From assembly GCA_963731585.1 (NCBI GenBank), contig CAVSWC010000013.1, positions 188,003 through 252,002 of the forward strand: DNA of 64,000 nucleotides, written 5' to 3'. The notes beneath the pieces are model-generated. The model saw only the letters and a list, made by a program, of their open reading frames with translations, ran no database searches and had not been told where the DNA came from. The stretch comes from an uncultured Alphaproteobacteria bacterium. GTDB lineage: Bacteria > Pseudomonadota > Alphaproteobacteria > Rhizobiales > Xanthobacteraceae. Shown here piece after piece: positions 34,069 to 43,194 of this stretch; positions within the stretch are counted from its first letter, which is position 1; each line of letters starts with the position of its first letter. A program made the position numbers and the translations under genes.

Positions 34069-34277
34069 GGCCGACTGTACCACGAGTCCAGTTGACGCGG
34101 TCAGCGCAGTTCGCCGCAACCCATAAGCCAAGCAGTCCATGCGCAAAACATTGAATTTGCTCCGCAAAATTAATGCGCCTGGCTGCACCACAAGTCGGCT
34201 AACGCTCGCGCGCGAAAACCCTTAGGTCCTGCCGCAACGGCGCCGATCCCCGGCGCGGACGACTAAGGACCATTGTG

Positions 34278-35246
34278 ATGAGCAAATACCGCAACGCCCT
34301 GCCGCAGCTGGCCGGCGAGCTGCTTCCTCACCGACGGCGGCCTGGAGACGACGCTGATCTTCCACGAAGGCCTGGACCTTCCGCTATTTCGCGAGCTTCG
34401 ATCTGCTGACAGTCGGAAGGCGGGCGCGAGCGCTGCGCGGCTACTTTCGAGCGTTATATCGCGATCGCGCAAGCGCGCCGGTATCGGCTTCGTCCTGGAG
34501 AGCCGCGACCTGGCGCGCCAATCCCGACTGGGCGGCAAAGCTCGGCTATTCGACGCGAGGCGCTTGGCGAAGGCCAATCGCGACGCCATCGCGCTGATGG
34601 TCGGAGCTGCGGCGCGACGCATGAGACGCCGCACTCGCCGATGGTGATCTCCGGCAATATCGGCCCGCGCGGCGACGGCTACAAGCCGACAACGCGATGA
34701 CGCGCGAAGGAGGCGCAGGATTATCACGGCTTGCAGATCGACGATTTTCCGCGACACCGAAGCCGATATGGTGAGCGCCTTCACCATCAACTATGTCGAG
34801 GAGGCGATCGGCATCGTCGCGGGCGGCGAAGGCGGCGGACATGCCGTCGGTGATCTCGTTCACGCGTCGAGACCGACGGCAAGCTGCCGAGCGGCCAGAG
34901 CTTGCGCGACGCGATCGAGCAGTGCGACGGCGCCACCGGCGGCGGGCCGGCCTATTACATGATCAACTGCGCGCATCCGACGCATTTCGAGGACGAGCTG
35001 AAGACGGGCGGCGCCTGGGTCAAGCGGCTGCGCGGCCTTCGCGCCAATTCCTCAAGCGCAGCCATGCCGAGCTCGACACCTCGCCCGACCTCGACATCGG
35101 CAATCCGGTGGAACTCGGCGGCGACTATCGCCGGCTGCGGCGCTCTGTTGCCGCACCTCACCGTTCTAGGCGGCTGCTGCGGCACCGACCACCGCCATGT
35201 CGAGCAGATCTGCGCCGCCTGCTTCGGGACCAAGGCTGCCGCCTGA
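34278..35246 (+). pseudogene. Homocysteine S-methyltransferase family paralog, shattered by about a dozen or more single-base indels
   Basis: Colinear with the intact copy downstream: MSKYRNALPQLAGE, FLTDGGLETTLIFHEGLDLP, GFVLES, TWRANPDWAAKLGYS, PMVISGNIGPRGDGYK, RDTEADMVSAFTINYVEEAIGIV, MPSVISFT, ETDGKLPSGQSLRDAIEQCDGATGGGPAYYMINCAHPTHFEDEL, RSHAELDTSPDLDIGNPVELG, LGGCCGTDHRHVEQICAAC. Consecutive pieces keep switching frame. Confidence 0.8.
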
Positions 35247-35280
35247 AGCCTTTCATCAACCCGCAAAAGGGACAATTGTG

Positions 35281-36237
35281 ATGAGCAAATACCGCAACAG
35301 CCTGCCGCAGCTTGCCGGCGGACTCTTTCTCACCGACGGCGGCCTGCTTACCACGCTGATCTTCCACGACGGCATCGAGTTGCCGCATTTCGCCTGCTTC
35401 CACCTGCTGGAGTCGCCGGACGGCCGCGCGCGCATCTGGGCCTATGCCGAGCGCTACATCGCGCTCGCCAAGCGGGCCGGCACGGGCTTCGTCCTGGAAA
35501 GCGTCACCTGGCGCGCCAATCCCGACTGGGCGGAAAAACTCGGCTATTCGCGCGATGCGCTGGTCAAGGTCAACCGCGAGGCGATCGCGCTGATGCTCGA
35601 TCTGCGGCACGCGCATGAGAGCAGGCAGACGCCGATCGTGATTTCCGGCACGATCGGCCCGCGCGGCGACGGCTACAAAGCCGACAACCGGATGACGGCG
35701 AAGGAGGCGCAGGATTATCACGCCTTTCAGATCGAGATTTTCCGCGACACCGAAGCCGACATGGTGAGCGCCTTCACCCTCAACTATGTCGAGGAGGCGA
35801 TCGGCATCGTGCGGGCGGCGAAGGCGGCGGGCATTCCATCGGTGATTTCGTTTACGCTCGAGACCGACGGCAAATTGCCGAGCGGCCAGAGCCTCAAGGA
35901 TGCCATCGAGCAGTGCGACCGGGAGACCGGCGGCGGGCCGGCCTATTACATGATCAATTGCGCGCATCCCACGCATTTTGAGGCGGAGCTGAGGAAGGGC
36001 GGCCACTGGCTGAACCGGCTACGCGGCCTGCGCGCCAATTCCTCCAAGCGCAGCCATGCCGAGCTCGATGTCGCCCCGGATCTCGACATCGGCAATCCGG
36101 TGGAGCTCGGCCAGGAATACCGCAAGCTGCGCGCAATCTTGCCGCAACTCACCATCCTGGGCGGCTGTTGCGGCACTGATCACCGGCATGTGGAGCAGAT
36201 CTGCGCGTCATGCGTTCCTGCGGAGGCCGCCGCTTAG
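35281..36237 (+). CDS. Homocysteine S-methyltransferase family protein (intact copy)
   Basis: Uninterrupted ORF with MSKYRNSLPQLAGGLFLTDGGLLTTLIFHDGIELP, VISGTIGPRGDGY, INCAHPTHF and the Zn-ligand region ILGGCCGTDHRHV. Confidence 0.85.
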   Translation: MSKYRNSLPQLAGGLFLTDGGLLTTLIFHDGIELPHFACFHLLESPDGRARIWAYAERYIALAKRAGTGFVLESVTWRANPDWAEKLGYSRDALVKVNREAIALMLDLRHAHESRQTPIVISGTIGPRGDGYKADNRMTAKEAQDYHAFQIEIFRDTEADMVSAFTLNYVEEAIGIVRAAKAAGIPSVISFTLETDGKLPSGQSLKDAIEQCDRETGGGPAYYMINCAHPTHFEAELRKGGHWLNRLRGLRANSSKRSHAELDVAPDLDIGNPVELGQEYRKLRAILPQLTILGGCCGTDHRHVEQICASCVPAEAAA

Positions 36238-36314
36238 CCTAGGCCCCGACAAATCGCCGGTTGCATGGAACCGTTCACGGGCTTCGTCCGTTCTATGCAA
36301 TCGGGTTTTATTGA

Positions 36315-37784
36315 TTGCTGGGGCACCTGTTGGATCAAATAATGCTTCGGGCAGGGGCGAGCGATGTGACGCCAGCCCGCCCTCCGATCCTAAAAGAAGG
36401 GCGAAATTGCTGGCGCATTGCGCCAGCCAAGCGCGCTGCCGTGCTGATCGACGGCGCCGATTATTACGCGGCGCTGGAGAAGGTGCTGCGCAAGGCGCGC
36501 AAGTCCATCATCATCATCGGCTGGGGCTTCGACGCTGGCATCAGGTTGCTTCCCGACCAACCGGATTCGCCCATGCTCGGCGATTTCCTGCGCGCGCTGG
36601 TGGAGGAAAATCCCGAGCTGCAAATCCGCGTGCTGATCTGGAGCGTGGCTGTGCTGCACGCGCCCGGCGCCCCGCTACCGCTGTTGCTTGGCGCGCCGTG
36701 GGAAAGGCATCCGCGCATCCAGGTGCGGCTCGACCGCGAGCATCCGCTGTATGGCGCGCACCACCAGAAGATCGCCTGCGTCGACGACACCGTTGCCTTC
36801 GTCGGGGGCATGGACCTCACCATTCGCCGCTGGGACACCACCGAGCATGAGGCGACGCACGAACTGCGCAAGGGTCCGGATGGCGTGCCTTATCCGCCGG
36901 TGCATGACGTGCAGATGGTGGTGGAGGGCGAAGCGGCGCTGGTGGTCGCCGATACGGCGCGGGAGCGCTGGCGGCGCGCCATCCGCGAGGACATTCCGCC
37001 GGTGGCCGCCGTTCACGATCTCTGGCCGGACGATCTGCATCCTGATTTCACCGATACGCCAGTCGCGGTCGTGCGCACCTTGGCTTCCTGGCGGGGCCTG
37101 CCGGAAGTCACCGAAGGCATGACGCTCACGCTTGATGCGCTCGGCGCGGCGGAGCGCTCGATCTACATGGAGGCGCAATATCTCACCGCGCCGCGGGTGG
37201 GAGACGTGCTGGCGGAGTCGCTCGCGCGGCCGCAAGGCCCGGAGCTCGTCATCATCGTGCGCAAACTTTTCACCAGCAAAATGGAAGGCTTCGTGATGGG
37301 CGGCAACCAGTGGAGGCTGGTGCAGCGGCTAGTCCGGGCAGACCGTTACGGGCGCTTCGGCGCCTATTACCCAGTGGTGCCGCAGGGAGGTGAGGATCGC
37401 CCGATCACGGTGCATTCGAAGATCATCATCGTCGACGACGATTTCGTCCGCATTGGCTCGTCCAACCTCAACAACCGCTCGACCGCGCTCGACACCGAGC
37501 TCGATCTGGCCATTGAGGTGCAGAATGACGCAAGCCGCCGCGCCATCGCGGCTCTGCGTGAAAAGCTGATCGCCGAGCATCTCGATTCCACGCCGCAGAC
37601 GGTGCGTGAGACCTTCGAGGCCGAAGGCTCGTTGTGGCGCACCATCGAGAAGCTCAGCTGTAACCGCCGCTGCCTGCGAAAAGTCCCCGACATGGGTGAT
37701 CTGCCGACCAAGCCGGTGTTTGGCACCTGGCTGCTCGATCCCAAGCGCCCGTTCTTCCTGTTTCCGCGCAAGCACGGACCCTAG
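36315..37784 (+). CDS. Phospholipase D / cardiolipin-synthase-like protein (two HKD motifs)
   Basis: HQKIACVDD and HSKIIIVDDDFVRIGSSNLNNRS. An ATG alternative lies at 36342. Confidence 0.85.
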   Translation: MLGHLLDQIMLRAGASDVTPARPPILKEGRNCWRIAPAKRAAVLIDGADYYAALEKVLRKARKSIIIIGWGFDAGIRLLPDQPDSPMLGDFLRALVEENPELQIRVLIWSVAVLHAPGAPLPLLLGAPWERHPRIQVRLDREHPLYGAHHQKIACVDDTVAFVGGMDLTIRRWDTTEHEATHELRKGPDGVPYPPVHDVQMVVEGEAALVVADTARERWRRAIREDIPPVAAVHDLWPDDLHPDFTDTPVAVVRTLASWRGLPEVTEGMTLTLDALGAAERSIYMEAQYLTAPRVGDVLAESLARPQGPELVIIVRKLFTSKMEGFVMGGNQWRLVQRLVRADRYGRFGAYYPVVPQGGEDRPITVHSKIIIVDDDFVRIGSSNLNNRSTALDTELDLAIEVQNDASRRAIAALREKLIAEHLDSTPQTVRETFEAEGSLWRTIEKLSCNRRCLRKVPDMGDLPTKPVFGTWLLDPKRPFFLFPRKHGP

Positions 37785-37883
37785 ACCGGCTAGCCCCGCT
37801 GGCGCCGACGCAGCCGGTTTTCGGCACCTGGCTGCTCGAATCCGAAGCGGCCGTTCTTCCTGTTCCCGCGCAAAAAGGACTAG
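37711..37883. repeat. About 72-bp direct repeat pair: the PLD 3' end is duplicated 27 bp downstream
   Basis: AGCCGGTGTTTGGCACCTGGCTGCTCGATCCCAAGCGCCCGTTCTTCCTGTTTCCGCGCAAGCACGGACCCTAG (37711-37784) versus AGCCGGTTTTCGGCACCTGGCTGCTCGAATCCGAAGCGGCCGTTCTTCCTGTTCCCGCGCAAAAAGGACTAG (37812-37883). Confidence 0.85.
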
Positions 37884-38650
37884 AGCGCGTACGCGTAATC
37901 GGGCTGGCCTGATACCGGTTCGGCGACCGCGTTCCGCACGCGGTGGTCGTAATCGTCAGCCAAAGCGCGCAGCGCAGCCGCGCCGTTGCCGACAAAAGAT
38001 GGCCCGTGCATGAGCGCCAACCTTTGCGGTGCGAGTTTCGCCAGCCGACGAATCGTCGTGCCCATGCCGGGGTTCAGGCTGGAATATCTGAACAGGTCTT
38101 CGGCGGCGATCGCGGGTCCGACGATATCGCTCTCGGTCAACGCAGGTCCGTTGCCGAGCTGGGTAAACAGGTCGCCGCACAGCAGGGTCCCGGTCGTCTC
38201 TTCGTAGAGGACGCCTGCCTCCCAGCCATGCGGAATATGCGGCGTGTCCAGGTAACGGACTCGCTTGCCGTTTCCAAGGTCGATCGTTTCACCGTCGCTT
38301 AGAACGCGAGGTTTGCGGTCGGCCATGTCGTTCAGCGAGACCAGGCATCCGGTCTGTCCGTGCGCCACTTCGGCTTGCGGCGCGACCGCCAGCCATTCAT
38401 TCATCGCGCCACACTCGTCGGCCTCATAGTGGCCGAAGGTAATCCAGCGCAGCCGTTCCGGCGGAATAAGACGACTGACCGCCGAACGGACGAGCGGGAA
38501 CATCTGCCGGGGGCCGGTGTGGAACAGTAAGGGAGCCTCTCCAAGAATGAGGAACTGATTGAAGGTGAAGCCGGCTGGTGGCGCGATGTCCGGCACGAAG
38601 GTTGAGAGCCGATAGATGTCGGTGGCGATTTCGTCGATCCTGGTTTCCAT
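37880..38650 (-). CDS. MBL-fold metallo-hydrolase
   Basis: METRIDEIATDIYRLSTFVP...FNQFLILGEAPLLFHTG...ITFGHYEADECGAMNEW...YLDTPHIPHGWEAGVLYEETTGTLLCGDLF. Confidence 0.8.
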   Translation of the reverse strand: METRIDEIATDIYRLSTFVPDIAPPAGFTFNQFLILGEAPLLFHTGPRQMFPLVRSAVSRLIPPERLRWITFGHYEADECGAMNEWLAVAPQAEVAHGQTGCLVSLNDMADRKPRVLSDGETIDLGNGKRVRYLDTPHIPHGWEAGVLYEETTGTLLCGDLFTQLGNGPALTESDIVGPAIAAEDLFRYSSLNPGMGTTIRRLAKLAPQRLALMHGPSFVGNGAAALRALADDYDHRVRNAVAEPVSGQPDYAYAL

Positions 38651-38806
38651 GACTTCCTCCTTGCTCAGCGTTGGTTTTCTCCAGGGCGCCCCTGCGGCCC
38701 TTGGCCGGGCCACTGGACGCCGTCCCATATTCATGGTACAGCCTTGTGTACCCAAATTTCGGGGGCTTGTCAATATTGAATACACACTGGAGTGCAGTGA
38801 AATAAT

Positions 38807-39394
38807 ATGACCCGGACCTACACACTCAAGCGCCGCGCCGACCAGCAGGCAGATACCCGGCGACGGATTGTCGAAGCCGCGGTCGACCTGCATGGCAGCA
38901 TCGGGCCCGCGCGCACTACCGTCAGCATGGTGGCGGAACGGGCCGGCGTGCAAAGGCACACCTTCTATGCCCATTTTCCCGATGACCGGAGCCTACATCT
39001 TGCTTGTTCGGGGCTGGCTCTTGAGCGCGACCCATTGCCGGACGCCGAGCCATGGCGGGCGATCGAGAATCCCAGCGAGCGGCTGCGTGTCGGCCTGCGC
39101 GCGATCTATGACTGGTACGAGCGCAACGCCAACCTGGTCGCAGCTGTGCTTCGCGATGCCGAATATCACGCGCTGACGCGAGAGGTCACAGAGTTGCGAT
39201 TCGGACCGCCCATGACGGTCTGTGGCGACGTGCTCGGTGCAAAGCTCAATGCGAAACAGCGCGCGCTGCTACGGCTGGCGCTCAGCTTTTTCACGTGGCG
39301 GACGCTGGCGCGCGAGAGCGGGTTGAAACAGGGTGCTGCTGTCGCCGCTGATGGTGCAAGCCATTACAAGAATCGCCCACGTCCGGATCTCTAG
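38807..39394 (+). CDS. TetR-family transcriptional regulator
   Basis: ADTRRRIVEAAVDLHGSIGPARTTVSMVAERAGVQRHTFYAHFPDDRSL is the HTH region. The C-terminal end is uncertain because an alternative frame reads AAMVQAIT. Confidence 0.75.
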   Translation: MTRTYTLKRRADQQADTRRRIVEAAVDLHGSIGPARTTVSMVAERAGVQRHTFYAHFPDDRSLHLACSGLALERDPLPDAEPWRAIENPSERLRVGLRAIYDWYERNANLVAAVLRDAEYHALTREVTELRFGPPMTVCGDVLGAKLNAKQRALLRLALSFFTWRTLARESGLKQGAAVAADGASHYKNRPRPDL

Positions 39395-39787
39395 GATTTT
39401 GCAGAAGTTTCGTAATCGCAGCGATTCCCGTATCCGATATGGTGGAATAAAACCATGCTCGCGCCTGCGGGTAGTCAGGGTCGTTGCAAATCCCCGCCAC
39501 GCCTTTCCTTTGTAACAAGCTGCGGATTTCGCTCTCATCTTTTGGAACCCCTTGTCGAAGCGCGGGGGATTCTTCCGAATAAACTGCGCAAGTTGCTCTC
39601 TCAGTTGCTCATAGCGTTGCTCATCGGACGCGGTGATGGGTTCGCCGCAGTATACGAGCATTTCGTGTATCTCTCGGAGTATATCAAACTCACAGGAAAC
39701 CGCGGTTTCAGCATGTGTTGCGGGAATCCATGAGCGAGCTACTGAGAAGCTAGCAGCCACGCCAAGCCATCGGTTTTGTCTTTTCAT
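39269..39787 (-). CDS. Small secreted hypothetical protein in a lower-GC patch (3' end uncertain)
   Basis: The ATG lies 3 nt after the stop of the EEP-UPF0104 gene. Signal-like MKRQNRWLGVAASFSVARSWIPATHA is followed by a Cys-containing body. The ORF tail overlaps the convergent TetR gene, so the true stop is probably earlier or in another frame. Confidence 0.4.
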   Translation of the reverse strand: MKRQNRWLGVAASFSVARSWIPATHAETAVSCEFDILREIHEMLVYCGEPITASDEQRYEQLREQLAQFIRKNPPRFDKGFQKMRAKSAACYKGKAWRGFATTLTTRRREHGFIPPYRIRESLRLRNFCKILEIRTWAILVMACTISGDSSTLFQPALARQRPPREKAERQP

Positions 39788-39790
39788 GCT

Positions 39791-41521
39791 TTACTGCTTC
39801 CCGCGGAAATAAATCTCCGTCAGGCCGAACAGCGGCCCGCCGATGCAGAGCGGCAAGAGAAAATAAATCACGCGGAACATCACCAGCGCGCCGATGACGG
39901 CGCCGCCCGGAATGAGGAACATCACCACGCTTTCGATCACGCCCAGCCCGCCGGGCACGTGCGTCAGCAATGCGCTGGCGTTGGCGATGACATAGGCCGC
40001 CGCCACGGCGAAATAGGGCAGGTCGCCGACAGCTGAGAGTGTTTGATGCAGACAGCCGGCCACGCAGGCGAAATTCGCCGAGCCGATGCCGATCTGCGCG
40101 GCAGCGAGCTTCAGCTCCGGCATCGGCAGCGTCCAGTTCTTGATCTTCACCTTGCGGCGCAAGAAGGCGGCCAAGACCAAATAGAGTCCCGACAGGACGA
40201 GACAGAGCGCGCCGAGCGCCATGGCGAAGGAGGGCGCCAGCCCTAGCATCTTGGCGGCGAGATCCGGCCGCCACAGCAGCGCGATGCCCGCGAGCGTGAG
40301 CAAGCCGAGGCCAACCGTCACCCCGCAGAAGATGATCAGCTTGGCGATCTGCCCGACGCTCATCCCCCAGCGCGAATAGAAGCGGTAGCGGATCGCGCCG
40401 CTCGACAGCGCCGCAAAGCCGATATTGTGGCCGAGCGAGAGCGAGCAGAAAGAAGCGAGCGCACATCTGCGATACGGCAGCGGCGTGCCGGCATAGCGCA
40501 CCGCCAGCCAGTCGAACCAGCTCAGGCAGAAATAGCTCGCAGCCGCAAAGCCTGCCGCGAGCGCGAGCCGCGGGAGCGGAATCGCCTTGATGGATTGCAG
40601 GATCTGATCGAGGCTGTAGCCGCTTAGTGTGTTGTAGAGCAGCCCGGCGGCGAGCGCGATCACCGCGACCGCGATGGCGCGCTTCAGCCAGGTCATGCGA
40701 CGCTCGTGCTGCGCCTTCTGACTGCTCAGTGCGCGCTGGCGCGCGAGGCGCTTGCTGGTGGCCATTATTGCGCCGCCTGTTGGACCGCCGCCGAACTCGA
40801 CCTCGAGATCGATCGTCAGAGGCAGGTGATCGGAGGCGATGCGCGCCAGCGGTGTACGCACAGTCTCGACACGCGTGACATGGATGCCGGGCCCAACAAA
40901 GGCGTAGTCGATGCGCAGCGTTGGAAAGCGCGCAGGAAAAGTCGCCTGATAGTGTTTGTTGCGCGAACGATGTGCGTCGTGCAGCCGCCCGGTCAATTTG
41001 CGATAGCTGCGGGAGCGCGGCTGCATATTGAAGTCGCCCACCAGCATCACCGGGTCGCGGCAGTCCGCATGGCCGAGCCATTCCTTGCTCACCAGGCAGT
41101 CGATCTGTTTATGCCGCTCGCGCGCCACCAGCCCGAGATGGGTATTGATCACCTGCAGCTCACTGCCGCCGATTTTGATCGCCGCCCAAATCGCACCGCG
41201 CGGCTCCAGCCCACGCAGGCGTGGCAGGCCGGGCAACGCGTCTGCCTTCACCAGGCGCGACGGGCAGGCAGTGAGGATGGCATCGCCATAAAGCTCCTCC
41301 ATCACCTTCAGCGCGGGATGAAATTGCGCGCGCATGCCGAGCGCGGCTGCAATCAGTTCCGCTTGGTCGACGCCGCCGCTGCGGGCGCGGCCGACGTCCA
41401 ATTCCTGCAGCGCGACGACGTCCGGCTTGGCCGAGGCGATCACGTCCGCGATCCGCTGCGGCGAATATTGGCGGTCGCGGCCCCGGCAGCGATGGACGTT
41501 GTAGGTCATGATGCGGATCAA
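39791..41521 (-). CDS. Fusion protein: endonuclease/exonuclease/phosphatase (EEP, YbhP-like) domain plus UPF0104/LPG-synthase-TM (YbhN-like) membrane domain
   Basis: The N-terminal part is MTYNVHRCRG...VVALQELD...INTHLG...LVGDFN...SDHLPL (EEP). The C-terminal part of about 330 aa is multi-TM, with FCLSWFDWLAVRYAG, LSLGHNIGFAALSSGAIRYRFYSRWG and THVPGGLGVIESV. Confidence 0.8.
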   Translation of the reverse strand: MIRIMTYNVHRCRGRDRQYSPQRIADVIASAKPDVVALQELDVGRARSGGVDQAELIAAALGMRAQFHPALKVMEELYGDAILTACPSRLVKADALPGLPRLRGLEPRGAIWAAIKIGGSELQVINTHLGLVARERHKQIDCLVSKEWLGHADCRDPVMLVGDFNMQPRSRSYRKLTGRLHDAHRSRNKHYQATFPARFPTLRIDYAFVGPGIHVTRVETVRTPLARIASDHLPLTIDLEVEFGGGPTGGAIMATSKRLARQRALSSQKAQHERRMTWLKRAIAVAVIALAAGLLYNTLSGYSLDQILQSIKAIPLPRLALAAGFAAASYFCLSWFDWLAVRYAGTPLPYRRCALASFCSLSLGHNIGFAALSSGAIRYRFYSRWGMSVGQIAKLIIFCGVTVGLGLLTLAGIALLWRPDLAAKMLGLAPSFAMALGALCLVLSGLYLVLAAFLRRKVKIKNWTLPMPELKLAAAQIGIGSANFACVAGCLHQTLSAVGDLPYFAVAAAYVIANASALLTHVPGGLGVIESVVMFLIPGGAVIGALVMFRVIYFLLPLCIGGPLFGLTEIYFRGKQ

Positions 41522-41642
41522 TGCGGGGCTCCGGGCGAGGCGACGGCAGGCGATTTATCCAATGGGCGGAACCAAAATGGGTTCCGGCAAGGGTAACGCG
41601 CGGTTATCGAAGTTTGAAAGGCGAAGAACAATCCCTCTCTCG

Positions 41643-41775
41643 TTATGGCCGGGCCTAGACCCGGCCATCCATCATTTTGCGAAGAAGATGGACCGTCGGA
41701 CCTCGGGCCTGTCCGAGTTCCGCACAATAGCCCGCACATCGAGTAAACCCGATGCGCGGGTCAAGCCCGCGGCTG
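41643..41775. repeat. Intergenic REP-like hairpins
   Basis: ATGGCCGGGC-CTAG-ACCCGGCCAT and GCGCGGG-TCAA-GCCCGCGGC. Confidence 0.45.
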
Positions 41776-41918
41776 ACGGGTGGCGGTTTGCAGCCACGTT
41801 GCGCGCCCCAAGACCGGCACTAAGGGGCCATATTGTCGGCGGAATCCGACCCGATGGAGTATCCCAGAATCCGTTGAGGGGCGCGAAAGAGAGCGGTGTC
41901 GGGCCGCAAGGGAGTTTT

Positions 41919-43182
41919 ATGTCTATAGCTTTGCGCGAAGGCGTTCAGCGCCTCGAAGTGACGATGCGCGTTACGCTTGCCGTGCTGGCGCTCGGCAGCG
42001 GTGTCTATACTTATCTCGGCGTCCGCGACCTGCTCAACGGCGATGCCACGGTGGTCTTCTTTGCCGCGGTGATCTACGCGGTGGCGGTGTCGGTCGGCAT
42101 TTATGCCTTCTGGTCCTTCCTGATGGGCTTCATGCCGCATGTGCGCGACGCCAAGAGCCGCGGCCTTCTCTTCGGCTGCATGCTGCTCGGCTCGGCGATG
42201 ATCTGTCGCCATGTCGGCCTGGCTGAATGCTTCCGCGCTCGCAGGCGCCGCCGCCATCCAGCAGCACCTCGCGATCTCCGTGGAGAATTACACCCGTGAC
42301 CTCGACAAGGCCTATCGCAACGGTCTCGCGGTGCAGGGCCTGCTTCCTGACATCCAGATGGCTTCGGCGCGCTTCGCCAAGCTCGCCGAATCCGAGCGCG
42401 GCGGCTCGCTCACTGGAACGTCGGGCTCGGGCACGGTCGTGCAATTGCTCGGCCAGATGTCGACGCAACTTGCCGGGCTGTCGCAGGAAGTCACCCAATC
42501 CGCCGGCAATCAGAAGACGCTGTTCGAACAGGGCAGCAAGCATCTGGAGAAGATGCGCGAGCTGGTTTCCGACCGCGGCCCGATCAATGCCCGCATCGAC
42601 GCCTTCGGCAAGGAAGCCACTGCGCTGATGGGCACTATCACCACCTTGCAGCAGCGCTCGGTCGCGCCCGCGGTCAAGCGCGCCGCCGATGGACTAGCTT
42701 CCGGATTCATCGCGCCCGCCGCCGGCGGCCGTGGTGACCTCGGCGAACGGCAGAACGCGGTGGTGGGCAAGGTGGCGGCGGCAGTTTCCACGCAGGCGGC
42801 CGCGCTCTCCGCCGCGGCGGACAAGATCGTCGAATTGCCGCCGGTCGAGCCGACCCGTTTCCAGCCGCTCTCGCCCGCGGAAGCGGTCTGGGTCTATGCC
42901 GGCGATTTCCTGCCGAGCTGGGCCGGGGCCATCTCCATCGATCTGCTTCCCGCCGTGCTGGTGCTGATCCTCTGCGTGGTGCATGCGGGGATTCGGCAGG
43001 ACAACGCGCCGGTCGAGCCTTCCACCACCATGACGGCGTCGGAGCTGATCACCGCGCTCCGGCTCGCCCGCGACGTGGATGCCGAAGCAACGCGCGGCCG
43101 ATCCGCGACCACTGAAGTGGTGGACGCGCTGCTGCTCGAGAAGAAGCCGCCGACGCCTTTGCGCGTGGCAACTGCGGATTAG
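41919..43182 (+). pseudogene. Hypothetical membrane protein with long coiled-coil-like central region (one frame shift as sequenced)
   Basis: The N-terminal TM helices are VTLAVLALGSGVYTYLG, VVFFAAVIYAVAVSVGIYAFWSFLMGF and LLFGCMLLGSAMI. After a shift near 42205 the text continues MSAWLNASALAGAAAIQQHL..., with a C-terminal TM helix WAGAISIDLLPAVLVLILCVV. Confidence 0.55.
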
Positions 43183-43194
43183 TGGCGGACGAGC

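Noticed and set aside
37880-39790. MBL hydrolase/TetR/small-ORF block as a defence or mobile island
   Set aside because: There is no integrase, transposase, tRNA target or defence-type domains. Only the duplicated PLD 3' end and a local GC dip suggest an insertion, so it is reported as a modest finding and not as an island.
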